NCBI GenBank assembly: GCA_035277305.1
Contig: DATEKT010000195.1
Location: forward strand, 6,329 to 70,328
Direction: 5' to 3'
Source of the DNA: Steroidobacteraceae bacterium
Lineage (GTDB): Bacteria > Pseudomonadota > Gammaproteobacteria > Steroidobacterales > Steroidobacteraceae
Length of the DNA: 64,000 nucleotides
The notes beneath the pieces were generated by a model. It was not told the origin of the DNA, did no database searches, and worked only from the letters and a program-made list of their open reading frames with translations. The stretch's first letter is position 1. Each line of letters opens with the position of its first letter. This document shows positions 1-8,387 of the stretch, one piece after another. Both the position numbers and the translations under genes were made by a program.

Positions 1-810
1 ATCGGCGCCGTACTTCAGCGCGAGATTGATGCCGTCCGCGCCGTGTGCGTGCACCGCGACCTTCTTGCCATACAGATGCGCGGTTTCGACAAGCGCCTGC
101 GCTTCATCGTCGAACATCTGCTTGCCAACGCCGGCGCCGATGCGGCTGTTGACGCCACCGGTCGTCATGATCTTGATCAGATCGACGCCGCGGCGCACCT
201 GGGCGCGTACGGCGTGCCGGCAGCTCTCCGGCCCGTCGCACAGATTCGTTTCCGACACGTGCTCGGCGATGTCTGGCGCGAGGCTCAGCGTGCGATCGCC
301 GTGGCCGGCGGTCGTCGAGATGCCCGTGCCCGCATCCAGAATGCGCGGCCCTGCCACTTTGCCTGCGGCGATCGCGTCGCGCAGCGCGAGCGTCGTGCCG
401 CGGTCGTCGCCGAGGTTGCGGACCGTCGTGAAGCCTGCGTCGAGCGTCTTGCGCGCGTTCGCGAGCGCCTGGTACGCGAAGTACGCGTCGCCGTTCGTCA
501 GCGATTCGATCAGGCCTTCCTGCCCCGCGCTGTCGCTCTCGAGATGGACGTGACAATCGATCAGGCCCGGCAGCACATAGCGCTCGCGCAGATCGACCAC
601 GGTTGCGTTGGCGAAGCCGTCCGGTGCGGCGAAGCCGTCGCGTATCGCCTCGACCTTGCCGTTGCGGATGACCACTGTGGACGCGCCGCGCGGCGGCTGG
701 CCCGGGCGATCCAGCAAGTGCCCGGCGTGAACGAGAACGATCGAGTCGGTGGGAGCCTGGGCGGCGGCGGTGCCGGCGACCAGCGCGAGCAGAGCAACGA
801 GGAGTTTCAT
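1..810 (-). CDS. Secreted metal-dependent amidohydrolase (Xaa-Pro dipeptidase-like), runs off the window start
   Basis: Manual translation from ATG 810: signal peptide MKLLVALLALVAGTAAAQ, then LPGLIDCHVH (HxH metal site), GFTTVRNLG, IKIMTTGG and VAVHAHG. Absent from the ORF track because it is truncated. Confidence 0.9.
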   Translation of the reverse strand, partial: MKLLVALLALVAGTAAAQAPTDSIVLVHAGHLLDRPGQPPRGASTVVIRNGKVEAIRDGFAAPDGFANATVVDLRERYVLPGLIDCHVHLESDSAGQEGLIESLTNGDAYFAYQALANARKTLDAGFTTVRNLGDDRGTTLALRDAIAAGKVAGPRILDAGTGISTTAGHGDRTLSLAPDIAEHVSETNLCDGPESCRHAVRAQVRRGVDLIKIMTTGGVNSRIGAGVGKQMFDDEAQALVETAHLYGKKVAVHAHGADGINLALKYGAD

Positions 811-851
811 GGGGCCGGCATGATAGCCACCCCAGGAAATCGTTTCGAGAC

Positions 852-2099
852 TTACGGGCTTTGTTCGACCTGCGGGACGATTTCGTGGGGACCCCGGCGA
901 ACCGGGGAAGACGCAGAAGCCGTGGTGGGCACGTGCATCTTTACGCAAACGCAACGATTGCGTCCCTGGTGTTTTGCTGCGTAGAGCGCGTTGTCCGCGG
1001 TCCGCGCGACCGTGTGGTACGCAGCGGCTGCGGCGGGATGATGCGTGGCGACGCCGACGCTGATGCTGACGGCGCCGCCAGTGCTGGAGCCCGCGTGCGG
1101 AATTGCGAGCGCCGCCACGTCGGCAACGATGCGTTGAGCTGCGGCTTCAGCCTCCGCGGCCGTGCGATCGACCAGCACCGCGATCAGCTCTTCGCCGCCG
1201 TAGCGTGCGAGCAGGTCGGCGGGATTGCCGGCAACGCCGGTGCGAACGGCTTGCGCGATCCGCTGCAGGCACTCGTCGCCCGCAAGATGACCGTAGTGAT
1301 CGTTGTAGCGCTTGAAGTCATCGACATCGATCATCAGCACCGAGATCGGCAGGTGTCGCGCTGTCGCTTCACGCCACACGTCGTTGACTCGCGATTCGAA
1401 TGTCTGGCGGTTGAGCAGCTGCGTCAACCCGTCGAGCGCCGCCATCTCGCCGAGCAGCTGGCGTTCGAGGAACGCCGTGCGATTCGCGTGCTCCAGCGCA
1501 TACGCGCCCGCGCCGCCGATGACGTTGGCGCAGAACACTGCGAAAGCCAGGTAGATCGCGACCTGCGGCGCGATCGCGCCGCTCAGCCCCGCGACGATCA
1601 GCGCGCCGAGAACGATCAGGTTGCTGCGCAACGCCGGTGCGAAGCGCATGCCGAGCATGAAGTACAGGAAGAATGCGACGAGCAGCAATCGCGCTCCCAC
1701 CAGCGGTGCGTACTGCGGCTCCGCGTAGACCGCCATCATCACGCTGCCCATGCCGAAGAGCGGCGCGGCCACCTGGATGGCAGGCAGATACACGCGCAGG
1801 TACAGCGGCTTGATGGTCGCGAGCAGGCACAACAGGATCGCGGGCACTTGCAGACCGAAGCGCACCAGGTCCGGCACGGCGTTGCTGGAGTGGATCACCC
1901 AGTGATCGATCATCGCGAAGCCGAGCGTGGTGCCGAGCGCGACCAGGATGCTCAGCCGCACCCAGCGCTGCGAGCCGAGCAGGTGATGGCGACGGAACTT
2001 CGCTTCGAGCTCGGCGGGGAAACGCAGGTTGGCGAAGCCGCCCTCGAGCACGCGGGCAGCTTGTCGGTCGTCGCTTCCGGTACGCGGCGTCGAACGCAT
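852..2099 (-). CDS. Membrane-bound GGDEF diguanylate cyclase
   Basis: About 6 TM helices, then DGLTQLLNR, IDVDDFKRYNDHYGHLAGD, ARYGGEEL and ADNALYAAKHQGRN. Confidence 0.9.
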   Translation of the reverse strand: MRSTPRTGSDDRQAARVLEGGFANLRFPAELEAKFRRHHLLGSQRWVRLSILVALGTTLGFAMIDHWVIHSSNAVPDLVRFGLQVPAILLCLLATIKPLYLRVYLPAIQVAAPLFGMGSVMMAVYAEPQYAPLVGARLLLVAFFLYFMLGMRFAPALRSNLIVLGALIVAGLSGAIAPQVAIYLAFAVFCANVIGGAGAYALEHANRTAFLERQLLGEMAALDGLTQLLNRQTFESRVNDVWREATARHLPISVLMIDVDDFKRYNDHYGHLAGDECLQRIAQAVRTGVAGNPADLLARYGGEELIAVLVDRTAAEAEAAAQRIVADVAALAIPHAGSSTGGAVSISVGVATHHPAAAAAYHTVARTADNALYAAKHQGRNRCVCVKMHVPTTASASSPVRRGPHEIVPQVEQSP

Positions 2100-2183
2100 G
2101 GGAGAACCCGCGGGAAAGAACCATCGGGATGCTGCGTGACGCGCAGCGTACGACGCATCGGCCGAAAGTACCAGACAGGACCC

Positions 2184-4001
2184 TCAGGCCGAAGCCGGGC
2201 CCGCTTTCAGACCGACTGCATGAATGGTGTCGTACAGGACGACGCAGTTGCGCCCCGCAAATTTCGCGCGATACAGGGCAGCGTCTGCATGCGCAAGCAG
2301 CTGGCGCAGCTCGTAGCCCGAGGACGCGGTAGTGGCCACGCCGAAGCTTGCGGAAACCGTCGAGCCCGCAACACCTCCGTCGGTGGCGACCGTCGCGATC
2401 GCAGCGCGCAGCTGCTCGCAGCGCTGACGCGCATCGGCGAGACTGCAGCCCGGCAGCAGAATGCAGAATTCTTCGCCGCCGAAGCGGCCGAACAGATCGC
2501 TGGCCCGCAGATGCGCCCGGCACGCCAGCACTGCCTGGCGCAGCACGTGATCGCCGGTCGCATGACCGTACTTGTCGTTGATCGATTTGAAGTGATCCAG
2601 GTCGCACAGGATCACGCACACTTCCTGCCCGACTTTGCGGCTCGCTTCGAGCGAGCGCTCCGACTGCGCGATGAAGTACGGACGGTTATCGATGCCCGTG
2701 AGGCCATCGACGCGTGACAGCTTCATGAAGTGCAGCTGCGAGCGCTTGGTGCGATACGCGAACAGCGCGATGAACACTGCCACCACGATCAGCAGGGCGA
2801 TGTACAGACGGCTGGTCTCGACCGCTTTCTTGCCGAGCGCCTGTTGCAGCTGCAGGACTTCGTTCTGCTTGTTGAGGCCCTCGATCTGCAAGCGATTCGC
2901 AGCCGCTTCGTGTTTCGCGCGCTCGTAGGCGATCTGCCGCGCGCTCACGTCGTCGAGATAGCCCTTGTCGGCCTCGGCGTATTTTTCGTGATAGGCGAGC
3001 GCGGTCTTGATATCGCCCTGCTCCTGCGCGAGCTGGTACAGCAGGCGATACGCGTTGACCAGCGGCTCGGTGTACTGGTTCTGAATCCCGGGATCGCCGA
3101 TCGCGCGCAACGCGAACTGGCGCGCCGTCGCCGAATCGCCGCGGTTCTTGTGAGCGCGCGCCAGCCACGAATCGTATTCGGAGACCAGCCGGCGATAGCG
3201 TGTCGCGCGGGTCACGTCGTAGTAGCTGGTCAGCAGCTTGATCGCGTCGGCATTGCGTCCGCGGTCGATGTAAGAGCGCGCGATGTAAACGCGGATGCCG
3301 TTGGCCCACAGCGTCTCGCCGGCCTGGTCGCAGGTCGCGATGGCGTCCATGAACTGCGCGATGTCGCCCTGCAGCCGGCCGCTGCGATAGAGCGCTTCGA
3401 GCCGCAGCTGATTGCTCCGACACACCGCTCGCGCCGAAGTATCTTCGGACGCGATCCGGTCCGTGTAGCTCAGCGCCAGGTCGTATTCGCCGACCTGGTT
3501 GTAGAGATACGCGATGACCAGCAAGCCTTGCTGGCGTGCGTCCTTGTCCGTGATCTGCGGCAACAACGCCAGCAGCCGTCCGAGCTGCGCGAATGCTTCG
3601 TCGTAGTGCGTGGCCACGGCCTGCACGTTCGCGACGGTGGCGCTCGCGCGGAAGCGCAGGGTGACATCGCGCGCTTCGTCGATGATCTGCTCCAGCGGCG
3701 GGATCGCGCGCGCGTAATCCCCGGCGTAAGCGCTGCGCCAACCCTTGAGGTACTGCAGGTATTGCTGCTGGGCTTGCGAGAACGTCGCGGATTGCTCGTC
3801 GAGCTGGCCCATGAGCGTGCTGAACTCAGTCGGATTGACGCCTTTGACGTCATCCGCCCGCCGCAGCAGTTCGTCAGCTTCCTGCGAGGTGAGCGCGAGC
3901 GCCGCGGTCGCGAGCAACGCGCAAAGCAGTGCGAGTCCGCCCAGCGCGCAGCGCCGGGCGGAGCCGTGGCGATCCATCGAGTGGCGTCGGGCGCAGCGCA
4001 C
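2184..4001 (-). CDS. TPR-like periplasmic sensor diguanylate cyclase
   Basis: Signal/TM segment, helical repeat region, TM helix, then DLDHFKSINDKYGH and RASD-LFGRF-GGEEF (I-site plus active site). Start is either GTG 4001 or an ATG slightly downstream. Confidence 0.9.
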   Translation of the reverse strand: MRCARRHSMDRHGSARRCALGGLALLCALLATAALALTSQEADELLRRADDVKGVNPTEFSTLMGQLDEQSATFSQAQQQYLQYLKGWRSAYAGDYARAIPPLEQIIDEARDVTLRFRASATVANVQAVATHYDEAFAQLGRLLALLPQITDKDARQQGLLVIAYLYNQVGEYDLALSYTDRIASEDTSARAVCRSNQLRLEALYRSGRLQGDIAQFMDAIATCDQAGETLWANGIRVYIARSYIDRGRNADAIKLLTSYYDVTRATRYRRLVSEYDSWLARAHKNRGDSATARQFALRAIGDPGIQNQYTEPLVNAYRLLYQLAQEQGDIKTALAYHEKYAEADKGYLDDVSARQIAYERAKHEAAANRLQIEGLNKQNEVLQLQQALGKKAVETSRLYIALLIVVAVFIALFAYRTKRSQLHFMKLSRVDGLTGIDNRPYFIAQSERSLEASRKVGQEVCVILCDLDHFKSINDKYGHATGDHVLRQAVLACRAHLRASDLFGRFGGEEFCILLPGCSLADARQRCEQLRAAIATVATDGGVAGSTVSASFGVATTASSGYELRQLLAHADAALYRAKFAGRNCVVLYDTIHAVGLKAGPASA

Positions 4002-4007
4002 GGACCT

Positions 4008-4274
4008 TCAGACGAACGACTTGTCGTCCTCCTTCTCGTCCTCTTCCTCGTCCTCTTCTTCTTCGTCGGGGTCGGGCTTCACGATCAGGCAGCACACGTT
4101 GCGCTGTGCGCCGAGCAGCTCGCCGAGCCGTAGCGCGTCGTCGGCCAGCAGTGCGCCGCGCAGACCGGGATCGATGCCGGCGTCGTCGAGCGCCTTCTCG
4201 ATCTCCCCCGGCGCGGCGTGGCGCAGGCGGGCGTTGCTTCCGAGCCGATCCAGGAACTCGATGGGATCCATCAT
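4008..4274 (-). CDS. Split-borosin RiPP precursor (SonA-like binding domain, core, acidic tail), 88 aa
   Basis: GAGGAG RBS before ATG 4274. Helical IEFLDRLGSNARL...GIDPGLRGALLADDALRLGELLG resembles SonA. It is followed by AQRNVCCLIVKP and a D/E tail, directly downstream of a borosin methyltransferase. Confidence 0.8.
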   Translation of the reverse strand: MMDPIEFLDRLGSNARLRHAAPGEIEKALDDAGIDPGLRGALLADDALRLGELLGAQRNVCCLIVKPDPDEEEEDEEEDEKEDDKSFV

Positions 4275-4329
4275 TGCCGCGTTCTCCTCGCTGTGGGTGG
4301 CCTTCGCAGTCCCCGGGCCCCCGTTCTCT

Positions 4330-5664
4330 CTATTCTGGTTGCAAGCGTACGCGGAAAGCGGGTTGCCAGGTAGCGCGATGAGCGGACCAGCGCCACAGAT
4401 TCGTTCCCTGGTCCTCGGGCGAAAACCCTGAATGGCGGACCAGCCCAACGCTGAGTGCGAGTCGTTCGCAGGCGAGGTGGTCGACGCTGAACCGCACCCA
4501 CACTTCATCGACCGGCAGCGCCGCGAATGCGTGGCCGATGACTCCGATCAGCGCGTCGGTTGCGAATCCCTGCTCGCGCCCGGATGACAGCAGCATGACG
4601 CCGAGCTCGGTCCGCCGCTGCACGCGATCGAAGCTCTGCAGCGTGCACAGACCGATGGGTTGCTGAGTTCCCTTCGGTGTCAGCGTCAGGAATCGCGCTC
4701 GCGGCGGCGAGGACCGCATTGCTCCAAGAACGTCGCGGAACGCGCGCGCGGCTGCGGCGCGGGTCCACGGCTGTCCGATGTGGCGCATCGTTTCGGGATT
4801 GCAGAAGAGCTCGCAGTACAGCTCCTCGTCGCGCTCGTGCATGGAGCGAATGAGCAGGCGCGGGGTCGTGAACTCCACGTGCAGCCGATCGAGCGCCGCC
4901 AGCCGCTCGCGCACCTGCTCGTCGGGTTGCAGCGGTACCGCCGGCGGGATCACGACGGTGGCGTGCATGTCGATGTCGATCGCCGGCAGCTGCGCGATCG
5001 TCGTGCGTTCGATGCGCGGTTGTTGCGTGGGTAGTGTCGCGACCTTGTAAACGATCGCTTCGTGTCCGGGCTCGTAGTCGCGCATCAGCACGTCGACGAG
5101 CACCTGACGATAGTCGCCGCCGGTCGCAAACCGCGCCAGCGAACGGTCGCCGGCGACACCAACCTGCCACAGCACCAGGTACGCAGAGGGATCGATGCGG
5201 CGCCGATACAGCATCAGCTGGCTCGCTTCGAAGTGCTGGCAGCCGTAGCGGCCTGGATCGATGCCGAGGTCCGCGTACAGACAGTCTTCAGCCGAAACAC
5301 CGGGCTCCATGCGCGCGTCGTAGCCCTCGCGGCGCGCCAGCTCGATCGCATCGTGCGGCACGCCGGCGAACACTCCGGGATGACCATAAAAAGCGCCGCA
5401 GACCCGCTTGCCCGTGCGCACTTCCGCGAGCATCGCTGCGACCATCTCCCGATAGCTTTCCGCGCGCGACTTCCCTTCGCGATAGAACGACTGCAGGCTG
5501 CGCACGTCGCCGTTCATTTTCGCGAGCCACAGCTCGACGATGCCATCGGAGGTCGCGGCGAACACGACGTCGGCTGCTTCGATATAGCTGCGGCTGAGCG
5601 GCGTGAGGTGCGAGCCCAGCGTCATGCCGACACCGACGCACACCAGGCTCCCGGAAGGATTCAT
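4330..5664 (-). CDS. Borosin peptide alpha-N-methyltransferase (SonM/OphMA-like) fused to a C-terminal RimJ/RimL-type GNAT domain
   Basis: GSLVCVGVG, FY..KSR..SY, FYGHPGVF, EPGVSAEDCLYADLGIDPG, GCQHFEASQ and LVLWQVG. The C-terminal part has TPRLLIR and ELGVML..REQGFA. Confidence 0.9.
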   Translation of the reverse strand: MNPSGSLVCVGVGMTLGSHLTPLSRSYIEAADVVFAATSDGIVELWLAKMNGDVRSLQSFYREGKSRAESYREMVAAMLAEVRTGKRVCGAFYGHPGVFAGVPHDAIELARREGYDARMEPGVSAEDCLYADLGIDPGRYGCQHFEASQLMLYRRRIDPSAYLVLWQVGVAGDRSLARFATGGDYRQVLVDVLMRDYEPGHEAIVYKVATLPTQQPRIERTTIAQLPAIDIDMHATVVIPPAVPLQPDEQVRERLAALDRLHVEFTTPRLLIRSMHERDEELYCELFCNPETMRHIGQPWTRAAAARAFRDVLGAMRSSPPRARFLTLTPKGTQQPIGLCTLQSFDRVQRRTELGVMLLSSGREQGFATDALIGVIGHAFAALPVDEVWVRFSVDHLACERLALSVGLVRHSGFSPEDQGTNLWRWSAHRATWQPAFRVRLQPE

Positions 5665-6303
5665 CTACTGGGCGTCGGGCTGCACTTCGGGCCTGGCCGC
5701 CGCGAATGCGGGCAGCGCTTCCAGGTGCGTGCTGATGCCGACCAGCGTCGGGAACGGCGCGAGGTCGGTCTTGAAGCGGCGCGCGTTGAACATCTGCGGA
5801 ACGAGCAGCACGTCGGCAATCGATACCGCGTCGCCGAAGCAATAACGCCCTTTCGCGGAAAACTCGCGCGCCTGCGCTTCGAGGCCGCGAAAGCCCTCGC
5901 CGACCCAATGGCGGTACCAGGTGCCGACGCCTTCGTCGTCCTGCCGCAGCGAGTCGCGCAGGTAGTTCAGCACGCGCAGGTTGTTGAGCGGGTGGATCTC
6001 GCACGCGATCGCCATCGCCATCGAGCGCACGCGGGCGCGGTCGATCGGATCGTCCGGCAGCAGCGGCGGCGTCGGATGACGCTCGTTCAGATATTCGATG
6101 ATCGCGAGCGACTGCGACAGGACGACACCGTCGGTCGCGAGCGCGGGGATCAGGCCTTGCGGATTGAGCGCGAGGTACTCGGGCGCGCGATGCTCGTTGC
6201 GTGCGAAAGCTTTCGGCAGCGATTCGTACTGCAATCCCTTGAGGTTGAGCGCAATGCGGACGCGAAACGCAGCGGAGCTGCGGAAGAACGTGTACAGCTT
6301 CAT
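5665..6303 (-). CDS. maiA: Maleylacetoacetate isomerase / zeta-class glutathione S-transferase
   Basis: [54 protein letters not shown] and C-terminal PEVQPDA. ATGA overlap with the upstream gene. Confidence 0.9.
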   Translation of the reverse strand: MKLYTFFRSSAAFRVRIALNLKGLQYESLPKAFARNEHRAPEYLALNPQGLIPALATDGVVLSQSLAIIEYLNERHPTPPLLPDDPIDRARVRSMAMAIACEIHPLNNLRVLNYLRDSLRQDDEGVGTWYRHWVGEGFRGLEAQAREFSAKGRYCFGDAVSIADVLLVPQMFNARRFKTDLAPFPTLVGISTHLEALPAFAAARPEVQPDAQ

Positions 6304-7073
6304 GTCGCTACTGCGATCAACTGTTCTTCGACGATCCAGCGCTTCAGCATGCCGGCGGCGATCATCGGGACTTCGTCGCCGTCGTGCCATTCGCACAGCG
6401 CTTCGCACATCGCGCCGAAGGTGCCGCCGTCGCGCATGATCTGGATGGCGGTTGCCTCAGCGGGATCGAGCGAGCGGTACTGCGTCTTGAGATCCTGCCG
6501 CCACAACAGCCAGGGCTGCGGCCGTTCGAGCATTGCGGGTTGCGGCGGCGTTGCTTCTTCCGCAAGCGACTTGAACAGCGCCTGCGCGTTCGTCGCCAGC
6601 TCGAGAAATTGCACGGACGGATGAAATCGCAGCTGCAGATCCGCCCAGGCATCCGGCGCGACGGTTGCCAGGCATTCCACGCCGACCGGCGTGGCGTCCG
6701 ACGCGTCGAAAGAGGCCGCGAGCGCCCATTCCCAGCGCGCCAGCTCGGCGAGCCACGGCTGCAAGGGTTGCGATTGCGCGAGCACCTGCGCGAGGCGATC
6801 GCCGAACCAGCGGATCGATGCGAACTGCGACGGATGTGCATCGACATACGCTGAGGCAACTGCGCCGAACTGCTCGTCGCCGAGCAGCTCCTTCAAGCGC
6901 GGCATGTTGGCGGCGAGCGCCTCGGCCAGGCGGATTCGATACGCGTTGGAGTAAACGCCGAGCCGGGTCGCGGCAGGAACTGCCGGCGTGGCTTTCACCG
7001 CATCGACGATCGTGGAGTCGCCGACGAGCACGTGACGCTGCAAATCGCCCTGCAACTGCGCGAGCACACTCAT
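6300..7073 (-). CDS. DUF2063-type MNIO partner protein (BufC-like)
   Basis: [38 protein letters not shown] and LRFHPSV. ATGA overlap with the DUF692 gene. Confidence 0.85.
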   Translation of the reverse strand: MSVLAQLQGDLQRHVLVGDSTIVDAVKATPAVPAATRLGVYSNAYRIRLAEALAANMPRLKELLGDEQFGAVASAYVDAHPSQFASIRWFGDRLAQVLAQSQPLQPWLAELARWEWALAASFDASDATPVGVECLATVAPDAWADLQLRFHPSVQFLELATNAQALFKSLAEEATPPQPAMLERPQPWLLWRQDLKTQYRSLDPAEATAIQIMRDGGTFGAMCEALCEWHDGDEVPMIAAGMLKRWIVEEQLIAVAT

Positions 7074-7900
7074 GCTGCCTTCGCCGCCGACAGCGCGATC
7101 GATCGCGCGTGATCCAGCTCTGCGAGCAGCACCGGGAGCTCTGGAATCTTGTCGTCGCGCTCGATCATGGTCGAGACCGCGCCGAAGCGCGCGATGGCGG
7201 CGCCGAACAACTGCCAGACCTCTTCGCACACCGGCTCGTCGTGCGTATCGATCAGGTAGTTCCCGAGATTGCTGTGCCCGGCGAGATGAAACTGCTGCAC
7301 GCGATCGACCGGTACGCCGTGCAGATACTCGAGCGGATCGAAACCGTGATTGACGCTGCTGACGTACACGTTGTTGACGTCCAACAGCAGCTTGCAGTCG
7401 GCGCGCTGCGCGATTTCGCGCAGGAATTCCCATTCGGTCATTTCATCCGCGGCGAAGCTCACGTACGTGGAGACATTCTCCAGCGTCAGTTGGCGGCCGA
7501 GGATGTCCTGCACCGCGTGCACGCGGCTCACGACGTGTCGCACGGTTTCTTCGGTGAAGGGCAGCGGCATGAGGTCGTGCAGGTTGACGCCGTTGACGCC
7601 GGTCCAGCACAGATGATCCGAAACCCAGGACGGCTCGATGCGCGCGGCCAGCGCTTTCACGCTGCGCACGTAATCGAGATCGAGTGGATCGGTGCTGCCG
7701 ATCGAGAGAGACACGCCGTGCAGCACGATGGGGTAGTGCGCGCGCAGCCGATCCAGAAAGTGCAGCGGCCGGCCGCCAGGAACGAGGTAGTTGTCGGTGA
7801 GAGCTTCGAGCCAGGCTACGCGGCCGCGGTGCTCGCCGAGCAGTGCTTCATAGTGCTGGGGCCGCAGCCCGAGCCCGAATCCCAGGGAAGAAGTAGACAC
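7070..7900 (-). CDS. DUF692 multinuclear non-heme iron-dependent oxidative enzyme (MNIO, BufB-like)
   Basis: [58 protein letters not shown] and IERDD. Confidence 0.95.
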   Translation of the reverse strand: MSTSSLGFGLGLRPQHYEALLGEHRGRVAWLEALTDNYLVPGGRPLHFLDRLRAHYPIVLHGVSLSIGSTDPLDLDYVRSVKALAARIEPSWVSDHLCWTGVNGVNLHDLMPLPFTEETVRHVVSRVHAVQDILGRQLTLENVSTYVSFAADEMTEWEFLREIAQRADCKLLLDVNNVYVSSVNHGFDPLEYLHGVPVDRVQQFHLAGHSNLGNYLIDTHDEPVCEEVWQLFGAAIARFGAVSTMIERDDKIPELPVLLAELDHARSIALSAAKAA

Positions 7901-7920
7901 GTGGGGGTGGACATCAGGAA

Positions 7921-7948
7921 GGCGGCGCGGTGGAACACGCGCGCCGCC
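7921..7948 (-). promoter_or_regulatory. GC-rich stem-loop between the precursor and MNIO genes (mRNA stabiliser or partial terminator)
   Basis: GGCGGCGCG(G)TG-GAA-CAC(G)CGCGCCGCC inverted repeat in the 62-nt gap, with only a weak U-tract. Confidence 0.6.
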
Positions 7949-7962
7949 GTGAGCTCAACCGA

Positions 7963-8223
7963 TCAGCTCTTCGCCTTGGCCTTGGCGGCGTCGCACTCCG
8001 CCTTCGACATCTGCTTCACGCCTTCGCCCTTGCAGGCGTTCTTGCCGGCGCAGTCGTGCTTCGCGGTCTTGCACTCGCTCGTGCCTTTACACGCGTTCAC
8101 GCCTTCACACTTCACTTTCGCTTCGTCGGCGGCATTCGCGGCCGACAGGGGCGCAGCCGTAAACGCGATCGCAGCGGCCGCCGCGAGCGCCAGGCCGGAA
8201 AGTCTTTTCACCGAGCTTGTCAT
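7963..8223 (-). CDS. Six-Cys secreted bufferin-type (BufA2-like) RiPP precursor
   Basis: Sec signal peptide, then KCEGVNACKGTSECKTAKHDCAGKNACKGEG...ECD (duplicated CxGxNACKG), first gene before DUF692/DUF2063. Confidence 0.85.
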   Translation of the reverse strand: MTSSVKRLSGLALAAAAAIAFTAAPLSAANAADEAKVKCEGVNACKGTSECKTAKHDCAGKNACKGEGVKQMSKAECDAAKAKAKS

Positions 8224-8276
8224 ATGCCATCCCTCGTTGATTAGAGTGTTAACGACGCTCCAAACGGGAGCGCGTG

Positions 8277-8308
8277 AGTATACGCGTGCAGGGTCTGGCC
8301 GGATGCAA
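8277..8308 (-). promoter_or_regulatory. Candidate promoter for the RiPP gene string
   Basis: Minus strand reads TTGCAT-N20-TATACT, or alternatively ECF-like GCATCC-N16-CGTA. A CGCGT/ACGCG inverted repeat overlaps the -10 box. Confidence 0.35.
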
Positions 8309-8330
8309 ATCGCTCTTTTTGCAACGCCAG

Positions 8331-8365
8331 AAACAAGAAAGGCGGACGGCTTGCGCCGCCCGCCT
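8331..8365 (-). terminator. Intrinsic terminator after the BON lipoprotein gene
   Basis: Minus strand AGGCGGGCGGC-GCAA-GCCGTCCGCCT followed by TTCTTGTTT. Confidence 0.8.
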
Positions 8366-8387
8366 CGATGCTGAGGGAGTGGGGAGG

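Noticed and set aside
861-2717. Long plus-strand ORFs antisense to real genes (also 2730-4133, 5062-6624, 17023-19005, 36556-39375, 58878-61508, and minus-strand 42056-44296, 54173-56494)
   Set aside because: These are shadow ORFs expected in high-GC DNA. They have no motifs, and the opposite strand encodes recognisable proteins.
4020-4075. TCC/TCT/TCG-rich low-complexity tract as a microsatellite
   Set aside because: It encodes the acidic tail of the borosin precursor on the minus strand.
4330-5664. Annotating the methyltransferase as a tetrapyrrole (cobalamin/siroheme) methylase
   Set aside because: The fold is shared, but the YGHP/ADLGIDP/LWQ motifs, the adjacent SonA-like peptide and the lack of cob/cys genes indicate a borosin enzyme.
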